DNA of 52,693 nucleotides, from positions 1 through 52,693 of IMG/VR virus record IMGVR_UViG_3300045988_154063. One strand, given 5' to 3'. The notes beneath the pieces were generated by a model. The model ran no database searches. It was not told the DNA's origin and saw only the letters and a program-made list of their open reading frames with translations. This DNA is from a virus. This document shows, piece after piece, positions 46,526 to 52,693 of the stretch; the stretch's first letter is position 1, and every line of letters begins with the position of its first letter. A program made the translations under genes and the position numbers.

Positions 46526-47230
46526 TTATACCTGCGAGCAACCGCAACCGCAAGTGCTTGTTGCACCACAGCCATAAACCGACTGATACGGTGAACAAGT
46601 CAAATATGCGGGAACCGCCGTAGGACGTAAGGCATTTATAAGCGTAGCGGTTTGAGCATTTTGAGAAATTTGTGCTTCGAGAGTAGCGTTTTTAGCCTGC
46701 AAAGAGGAAATCTTTTCGTTGGTAAGGAACGAAAGAATTTGTGCAGTACCATCACGCTGGCTGTCGATTATATCTCTTGCCGCAGTCGCTATGCTATTCT
46801 GAATTGCGCAACCCTGTGTTGCCATGTCATACTTGACACCCATGATTGCTTCTCTTGCTTCGCAGCAGCACTGCTGCATAGCCGTTCCGAGAGTAGTTAT
46901 AGCGTTGCGGGTTTCATAACCGCTCGTAGTAATTGTATTAGTAAGCCCAGCGAAGCCGTTAAGCATACCCGTGTTCATAGCGTAAAAACCGTCGCAAATG
47001 CCGTTATTTACATTGTCGATTTTTCTTTCGATGTTAGCGAAGTCGGAAGCAAGGACATAACCGTCCATTACACCGCCATTGCCGTTACCGAAGAAGCCGT
47101 TACCGTTGTTGCCCCAAATGAGAGCAAAAACAAGAATTATCCATATCCAATCGCCGCCGTACCCGAAAGCACCGCCGTCGTTTCTATTAGCAGTAAGACC
47201 GCTAATTACACCATCAGCATATCCGTCCAT
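46526..47230 (-). CDS. Gly-rich membrane protein with a Cys-rich C-terminal tail
   Basis: Transmembrane helix WIWIILVFALIWG, GNG repeats, a coiled coil, and a C-terminus ending ...GCGATSTCGCGCSQV. Confidence 0.4.
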   Translation of the reverse strand: MDGYADGVISGLTANRNDGGAFGYGGDWIWIILVFALIWGNNGNGFFGNGNGGVMDGYVLASDFANIERKIDNVNNGICDGFYAMNTGMLNGFAGLTNTITTSGYETRNAITTLGTAMQQCCCEAREAIMGVKYDMATQGCAIQNSIATAARDIIDSQRDGTAQILSFLTNEKISSLQAKNATLEAQISQNAQTATLINALRPTAVPAYLTCSPYQSVYGCGATSTCGCGCSQV

Positions 47231-47293
47231 GTGATGTTTCTCCTTAAATATATTATTTATTTTGACACCGCCGTACGCTCGGTGAAAAAATCT

Positions 47294-47599
47294 TTATTGT
47301 TTAAGCCCTAACTGTTTCATAAGTTCTTCGGGCGTTGTATTGTTTTTTTGGCAATAGTCCATTACAAACTGTTTTGGGTTGCCACCATCACGCAAAAACG
47401 CATTAAACTGTTGCGCCTTTTGAGGGTTTTGCGCAAACAATGTTTGCAATACAGTTTCAGGGTTGCCGCCGCCTTTAATCATTCCTATAACGTTACGCAG
47501 TTGTTGCATTTTGTTGCCCATTGCTTGCATACCGTTTGGCATACCGCCGTTAGGCATTGACGGCATACCTTTATTACCTCTAAATAAAGGGTTACTCAT
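47294..47599 (-). CDS. Hypothetical M/G/N/Q-rich protein
   Basis: 101 aa. Confidence 0.35.
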   Translation of the reverse strand: MSNPLFRGNKGMPSMPNGGMPNGMQAMGNKMQQLRNVIGMIKGGGNPETVLQTLFAQNPQKAQQFNAFLRDGGNPKQFVMDYCQKNNTTPEELMKQLGLKQ

Positions 47600-48171
47600 T
47601 ATTCTTCACCGCCTTTTTCTTCTACCTTAGTTACTACCGCTTTCGGCGCAGGTGTGGGTTTAACCGTCATAGTAGGTGTAGGCGCACTCTCATTTATTAT
47701 TATGCTTTTCAACTTGTTTATCGAAGCAATAGTCGATTTTTGATATTCCGCAAACTCTTCTTTCGTTACATACTCTTTCGGCGGTTCTTTGGGTTCTTCT
47801 TCCGCCTTTTGGTCTTTATATTCTACGAGTTCATATGTCGTGTAAGTCTTTCTACCCATTTCGTCCGATATTATATTAAAAATAAGCGGCTTATCTTGAT
47901 GTAAAAACAAAAGATTGCAGTTCGGCATGTTAGTCTTTTGCAATGCGTCCTCTAAACTTGTTACAAAGACCATATTAGTTCTCGCAGGTTGCGAAGAGGG
48001 AGTTGCATTGTTAGGTGTTGCATTTTGAATAGGCATTTGAGCCGCAGAATTAGGGGTATATGCCCCGAAAGGCTGTTGTCCATAAGAATACCCGACCTGC
48101 CCCATTTGTGGGTTATAATAAGGCGATACGGGTTGCGTTGTGTAACCATAAGGTGATTTTCCAAAAGCCAT
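47599..48171 (-). CDS. Hypothetical P/Q/Y-rich protein
   Basis: The start is placed at the ATG with GGAGGT 9 nt upstream, giving about 190 aa. The ORF track extends the frame further to 48246. Confidence 0.35.
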   Translation of the reverse strand: MAFGKSPYGYTTQPVSPYYNPQMGQVGYSYGQQPFGAYTPNSAAQMPIQNATPNNATPSSQPARTNMVFVTSLEDALQKTNMPNCNLLFLHQDKPLIFNIISDEMGRKTYTTYELVEYKDQKAEEEPKEPPKEYVTKEEFAEYQKSTIASINKLKSIIINESAPTPTMTVKPTPAPKAVVTKVEEKGGEE

Positions 48172-48289
48172 AATATTAAACCTCCGTGCCGACAAGCACT
48201 TTTTTCGTTCGCTTAAAGTATAAAAAAAGTCTTGCAAGTTGTACACCTACAAGACTTAATCATTTTTATTAAATTGTCCTACAAAAGTT

Positions 48290-48883
48290 CTACATTTCGT
48301 GGTTTTCCGTGTTTAATTTTGCTTTTAGACGATATTTTTGCTGTGCAACGGACTTTTCGTCAATACACAGCTGTTCGGCAATTATGCTTTGTTTCGTTTT
48401 GTCGATGAAGAAAGCAATCGCAAGGTCGGTATTGTGAGAAGATAAACGTAATTGTTTACAACGCAAAATAAGTTCATCTTTTGAGCAAGTGTCAACATTA
48501 AACGGTTTTTGCTCGGTTTGCTTTTTGATTTTGTGCGTTTCAATTGCAATTGCAATTTTTTCTTGTAACGTACAACCTATCCAACAAATTACAAAGCCGT
48601 CAAAAATAGTAGACAGCAACGAATACGATAAACTGATTGTATGAGGTATAACGCACCAAACAATAAACAAAGTCAATTCAAGGCAGTGGTTTTTACTATG
48701 ATAAACATAACGGAACTTATAGCGTAAAGCACAGTGAGCTACGCAAAAAGATATTCCCTCAACCCACCGTCCGAATATCCACGAACAAATAAAAATAGAA
48801 CCTACTACAACAATGTAATTCCATAGCAAATACCTGAAAAACAACTGTAATTCAAGTTTTTGCTTAGCCGTTAGTTTTTTCAC
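48290..48883 (-). CDS. Membrane-embedded protein with a C-terminal sigma-70 region-4/LuxR-like HTH
   Basis: GTG start overlapping the stop of the upstream small ORF (ATGTGA). There are 3-4 hydrophobic helices and a C-terminal LSSHNTDLAIAFFIDKTKQSIIAEQLCIDEKSVAQQKYRLKAKL. Confidence 0.45.
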   Translation of the reverse strand: MKKLTAKQKLELQLFFRYLLWNYIVVVGSIFICSWIFGRWVEGISFCVAHCALRYKFRYVYHSKNHCLELTLFIVWCVIPHTISLSYSLLSTIFDGFVICWIGCTLQEKIAIAIETHKIKKQTEQKPFNVDTCSKDELILRCKQLRLSSHNTDLAIAFFIDKTKQSIIAEQLCIDEKSVAQQKYRLKAKLNTENHEM

Positions 48884-49044
48884 ATTCTTTCAAGCAATTC
48901 TTTGTTTGCTTCGAGAGCGATTTCCAACTTTTCTCTTGCTTTGTCGGAAATGTCCTCGTGCATTGCTTTTTCAATGTTTTCGATAGCAAGTTTTAAATAC
49001 TTGTCTTTGTTTTCCCCATAAAGAGGAGGTATTTTATTTCCCAT
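48880..49044 (-). CDS. Small charged helical protein of 54 aa
   Basis: MGNKIPPLYGENKDKYLKLAIENIEKAMHEDISDKAREKLEIALEANKELLERM, with ribosome-binding site AAAGGAGT. It is below the track cutoff and translationally coupled to the downstream gene. Confidence 0.4.
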   Translation of the reverse strand: MGNKIPPLYGENKDKYLKLAIENIEKAMHEDISDKAREKLEIALEANKELLERM

Positions 49045-49052
49045 AATCTTTG

Positions 49053-49613
49053 TTACTCCTTTTCAAAAAATTTATTATAATTAAACCATAAATACCAAAG
49101 CAATAACCAAAAGTAACACTCTAAACCCATTATCAAACATGTCATTGAGTTAAAACACAATACTTTCGTTGATAGTTGACGGATAGATAACGAAAGCCAT
49201 TGACATACGAAATGAGCAGTAAAAACAAGTGCCAATCTTTTACTATCGCAATTAAATATTGCAGGTAGAATTATCATTGATAAAATATTATAATATGTTA
49301 AGTATTCAATACAAAAATGTTCAATTAAGCAAGAAACAAGATAAACAAGGCACACAATTAAACTTTTCTTTAAGTCTAAATATTTAAATTCACATAATGC
49401 GCCAAGATATAAAGTGTAAGTGATATAAAATAAAACTAAGCCGAATAATTTATCAAGTAAATAATGATTGTCGATAAATTTGCCTATTTCAATAAGTCGT
49501 TCATTGTTTATTTGCAAAACAAACCAATCAGGGAAGAAAAACTTTAAAACGTACCAAGCAATTAAATAAACGACTACTAAAATTAACATAGTCTTTATAA
49601 CTTTCTTTGTCAT
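49053..49613 (-). CDS. Polytopic membrane protein
   Basis: 186 aa with about 5-6 predicted transmembrane helices. It is the first gene of a three-gene unit. Confidence 0.45.
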   Translation of the reverse strand: MTKKVIKTMLILVVVYLIAWYVLKFFFPDWFVLQINNERLIEIGKFIDNHYLLDKLFGLVLFYITYTLYLGALCEFKYLDLKKSLIVCLVYLVSCLIEHFCIEYLTYYNILSMIILPAIFNCDSKRLALVFTAHFVCQWLSLSIRQLSTKVLCFNSMTCLIMGLECYFWLLLWYLWFNYNKFFEKE

Positions 49614-49649
49614 AGTAAATTATATTCTCCCATTCTTATTTTTATGCTA

Positions 49650-49690
49650 AAAAAACAATAAAGGAGCGATTGCTCGCTCCCTTACTGTGA
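49650..49690 (-). terminator. Rho-independent terminator (minus strand) after the 49749..50138 gene
   Basis: Hairpin ggagcgagcaatcgctcc followed on the minus strand by TTTATTGTTTTTTT. Confidence 0.5.
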
Positions 49691-49748
49691 ATTTTTAAAT
49701 ATTTTTTAGAGGTACTAAGGGTACTGCAATACCCTTGCGCACAAAGAC

Positions 49749-50138
49749 TTATTTATTTTCGGTTTCTTTGTTAGCCGTGCAAACGTCCTCAACCTGTTTT
49801 ATAAACAAGTTAAGTTTTTCGTTTAACTTGCTGAACATGTTGTCTTTCTTCTCGATTTCGGACTGATATTCGCCGACTGCGGCAGCTTTACACTCACGAT
49901 ATGAGTTAAGCATAGCTTTTTCATCGTCAGAAAGATTTACCGCTTCAAGAACTTCATTGCGGGCTTTTAAGTTACCGATTATTTGTTCACGTTCGTAAAT
50001 TTCGCTTGTGATACAATCTTCATATTTCAAAACATCGCCGAACTCATGACATTTTTCAAGGAGTTTGTTTATGGTGGCTTCATCTTTGCGATTTGCCGAA
50101 CAAACATCTTCCTTAATTACAAGAACATATTTAACCAT
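49749..50138 (-). CDS. Coiled-coil hypothetical protein
   Basis: 129 aa, charged and predicted helical. Confidence 0.4.
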   Translation of the reverse strand: MVKYVLVIKEDVCSANRKDEATINKLLEKCHEFGDVLKYEDCITSEIYEREQIIGNLKARNEVLEAVNLSDDEKAMLNSYRECKAAAVGEYQSEIEKKDNMFSKLNEKLNLFIKQVEDVCTANKETENK

Positions 50139-50149
50139 AATTTACCTCC

Positions 50150-50674
50150 TTACAGATTTTCAAGGTCTTTATCGACCGATTTGTTTTTAGATACGAGCGA
50201 AGATTTTATTGCTTCTTGTGCAAAGTCTTTCAGTTCTTTGTTCGTCGCAATGAGTTTTTCTCTTGTTGCTTTATTATCGCTATCAACAACCGAAGCACAA
50301 AACCTGACAAACAATCTGTGGGTACAAAAGGAACCGATTTTGTTTATTAAATCACGCAGTAAGGTATTTTCATACAGCCAATAAACCACAATTTGAACAG
50401 GCATAAGAGCATAAACGCTATACCAATAAACGTCAAATTTTATGCCGCCGATAAGAAACGCAATGGCAGTTACGGGCAAAAGTAAAACAAGCGAAGAAAA
50501 CGCAAGAATTACTTTGCGAACTTGTTTATTCTTAATCTTATTGACAAAGAAAAACTTTACAACGCCAAGCAAAGATATGACGGAACATACAATGATTGCG
50601 GCAGTAAGAATAACCGTTTGAAAATTCCCAAGTGCCTGTTGACACAAAGCAGGAATTTTAGAAAAATCAATCAT
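50150..50674 (-). CDS. Membrane protein
   Basis: 174 aa with about 4 transmembrane helices and a charged C-terminus. Confidence 0.4.
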   Translation of the reverse strand: MIDFSKIPALCQQALGNFQTVILTAAIIVCSVISLLGVVKFFFVNKIKNKQVRKVILAFSSLVLLLPVTAIAFLIGGIKFDVYWYSVYALMPVQIVVYWLYENTLLRDLINKIGSFCTHRLFVRFCASVVDSDNKATREKLIATNKELKDFAQEAIKSSLVSKNKSVDKDLENL

Positions 50675-50705
50675 TTCTTATCTCCTTGTTTTTTCGATTG
50701 GCGAC

Positions 50706-51065
50706 TTATAAATCGTCTAAATCGTTATTTTCGGATTGATTTTCTTCGGAAACGACATTTTCGCAAACAACGCAAGCAGGTTCGGCATAAGCAACTACTT
50801 CGGGTTCGGTGGGGGCGTTGCCTACTTCTTCCACGGTTACTTTTTCCTCTTCCTTTTTTGCTTCTCTTGCAACTATGCGTTCAAGAACATCAATCTCGAT
50901 TTCTTTTTCTTTGAGGTGAGAAGCTCTCGCTTCGGCATATTCGGCACGAATTTTTGCCTCATACTGCGCTACCGCCTCTTTAATCGCTTTTTCGTCATTG
51001 GAAGTTTCTATTTCAAGTTTTTCATTTTTAAGCTCTTCCAAATAAGTGGAAAGGTCAATTAACAT
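50706..51065 (-). CDS. Acidic coiled-coil protein
   Basis: 119 aa, E/K-rich with a Cys pair (CVVC). Confidence 0.4.
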   Translation of the reverse strand: MLIDLSTYLEELKNEKLEIETSNDEKAIKEAVAQYEAKIRAEYAEARASHLKEKEIEIDVLERIVAREAKKEEEKVTVEEVGNAPTEPEVVAYAEPACVVCENVVSEENQSENNDLDDL

Positions 51066-51081
51066 GTTAAACTCCTTTATT

Positions 51082-51372
51082 TTATTTTGTTAAAAAGGGT
51101 AAAACCCATTCTATTACAATGTTAAAATATTTATCGAATAATGTTTTATCGGCGAAATAAACACCGACAATAAAACCTATTGCGCAAATAAATAGACAAC
51201 CTAAAAATGAGAAAAAACCTTTTTTAATTGCTTTGAAAACACAAAACAACGCAAAAATGCACAAAAGCGCAATTCCAGCTATTTTGAAATAATCAATTAT
51301 TTGCATTTGAGTTATTTCCTTTTTTAATGTTTCGACTATTTGCATTGTACAACTGTTTTTAGCGTTTGTCAA
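51082..51372 (-). CDS. Small two-transmembrane protein, a holin candidate
   Basis: 96 aa with two hydrophobic helices, lying downstream of the tail fibre genes. Confidence 0.35.
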   Translation of the reverse strand: MTNAKNSCTMQIVETLKKEITQMQIIDYFKIAGIALLCIFALFCVFKAIKKGFFSFLGCLFICAIGFIVGVYFADKTLFDKYFNIVIEWVLPFLTK

Positions 51373-51505
51373 GCCTTTTTCAAAAAAAATTGTGTAAAGT
51401 ATGTAAAAAAAACTAAAAATGAGAGCAATTGAAATCCATCAAAATTGATAGTAATAGAAATCCCTCTAAATAGAGAGTAATAGAAATCCCTCAAAAAAGT
51501 TGTTT

Positions 51506-52636
51506 TTACATTCCTTTAATTACGCAAGTTCCAAAATTCCTCGTCAAATACACGCTATTTGATATTTGTATGTTTTGCAAAACAGCACCCTGCCCGTATG
51601 GTGTCGGACGAACAATTCTTATAGCCCTTGGTGCTGAGCCATGAAAAGTACTGTTATTACTTGTGCAAGTATATTTAAGTCCTTTGTTTGGTTGGTCGGT
51701 AGAATGATTTACCGTAAGCACAAGAATGTTTCTGCCTGTCGCTATATTTGCAATGTCCGCTTCAGTAATAATTTTATAAGCAAATGCTTTAAGTTTTTGC
51801 CTATATCTTATATTGGTCTGCATACCATTTACACGATTATATGCTTTTTTTGCAATAGGTCTACAAATTTCCAACCTATCACCAGCTTGCAAACTACCAG
51901 ATATTACACGAACACGAATTTTGTGTTGAGATAATTGGTCTTGTGGGTCAATTCTATACGAATTAGTGCTTGCAACACTAATTAAGACTGTCGCATTACT
52001 GCCAGAGCCACCACCGCCACCGCCTGTCGAAGTTTGCACAACTGTTTCGGTTATATCGTAAACGTCAATAGTAAATTCTGCATTGCCGCCCGATGACGCG
52101 CTTGCTACAACATTTAACGAATTATTGGTTGGGTTTACAAAAATACCCGTGTATGGTGTGGTGGTGTATCCGTCAGTTTTTATAGCCATTGGGTAAAACT
52201 TACCGTTAAACTTTGCAAGAAATGTTTTAAGATTATCTACGCTTGTTCCTACAATAGCAGCAGCGGAAGCACTCGGTATCATTATAGAACCCCAGCCTGC
52301 AATATCCGCATCATCAGTTCTATAAAACCCGAACGATACCAAATGAGCATAAGCCCCTGCACTTGAACCGCCACTGCCGCCACCGCTTATTTCAAGGTCG
52401 CCCTCTCCTAAAATCGACTGACCGTTTATGGTTTTAACGTTTTTGCCACTTACTAATAACGGTTGTTTTTTGTCTAAATCTTCGGCAGCCGCTAAGGAGC
52501 AAGTTTTTGCAGGTAACGTTACAATTACATTGGTAGTTCCATACCCAACTGCCATATTGGCTTGTAAGGTAGTACCATAATCTGAATGTCTACTGTCTTT
52601 AAACAATATTTGGCTTTTGTAAAAGTCAAATTGCAT
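51506..52636 (-). CDS. Gly-rich tail fibre or structural protein
   Basis: 376 aa with poly-Gly linkers (GGGSGGSSAG, GGGGGGSGSN). It follows the tail fibre genes in the circular order, and its start lies within the terminal repeat. Confidence 0.4.
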   Translation of the reverse strand: MQFDFYKSQILFKDSRHSDYGTTLQANMAVGYGTTNVIVTLPAKTCSLAAAEDLDKKQPLLVSGKNVKTINGQSILGEGDLEISGGGSGGSSAGAYAHLVSFGFYRTDDADIAGWGSIMIPSASAAAIVGTSVDNLKTFLAKFNGKFYPMAIKTDGYTTTPYTGIFVNPTNNSLNVVASASSGGNAEFTIDVYDITETVVQTSTGGGGGGSGSNATVLISVASTNSYRIDPQDQLSQHKIRVRVISGSLQAGDRLEICRPIAKKAYNRVNGMQTNIRYRQKLKAFAYKIITEADIANIATGRNILVLTVNHSTDQPNKGLKYTCTSNNSTFHGSAPRAIRIVRPTPYGQGAVLQNIQISNSVYLTRNFGTCVIKGM

Positions 52637-52693
52637 TGAGTTGTTTTCTTCGCCCCTTAAACCACCTGAAGCGGGCGCGAGAACTCCAAACCC
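52561..52693. repeat. Second copy of the terminal direct repeat (identical to 1..133)
   Basis: Exact identity over 133 nt. Confidence 0.9.

Noticed and set aside
48880-49613. I considered whether the membrane protein plus small peptide is an AgrB/AgrD quorum-sensing pair.
   Set aside because: The 54 aa peptide is highly charged and helical, has no Cys or Ser for thiolactone formation and no amphipathic leader, and no histidine kinase or LytTR regulator follows. The analogy is structural only.
1-52693. I looked for CRISPR arrays, tRNA genes and an integrase.
   Set aside because: There are no arrays of regularly spaced identical repeats. The four palindromic repeats at 42.0 kb have irregular spacing, have no associated cas genes and sit in a promoter-proximal position. 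No cloverleaf or T-loop signature was found. No ORF has R...HxxR...Y recombinase or resolvase motifs.

Overview
The window is a complete dsDNA tailed-phage genome of about 52.56 kb, read from a circular or circularly permuted assembly: bases 1-133 are identical to 52561-52693. The host is probably a low-GC Firmicute, judging by strong AGGAG-type ribosome-binding sites, sigma-A-like TTGACA/TATAAT promoters and roughly 40% GC. The genome has two arms. The plus-strand arm (about 24.5-44.8 kb) is the early, replication and recombination module. It encodes an FtsK-like ATPase, a YqaJ exonuclease, RecT, SSB, a replisome organizer carrying iterons, a DnaC-like loader, RusA, a PAPS-reductase-like protein, a DNA methyltransferase and several HNH homing endonucleases. 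The minus-strand arm is the late module, running 23.5 kb down to 0.3 kb and then wrapping from 52.6 kb down to 45.0 kb. It encodes an HTH/TerS-like protein, TerL, a macro-domain-like protein, an HNH, the portal, a scaffold, a decoration protein, a lambda-E-like capsid protein, head-tail proteins, the tail tube protein, frameshifted chaperones, the tape measure, distal tail proteins, fibres and a holin-like protein. It ends in a roughly 6 kb cargo block of membrane, low-complexity, C1q/BclA-like and regulator-like genes. The two arms converge at a bidirectional terminator near 44.93 kb. No integrase, tRNA, CRISPR array or clear endolysin was recognised. The most unusual element is a GC-rich, ORF-free, promoter- and terminator-bounded locus of about 300-400 nt (23.88-24.28 kb) lying between the divergent late and early arms, consistent with a structured ncRNA I cannot assign to a known family. 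All protein-family calls rest on motif recognition by eye, not on database searches.
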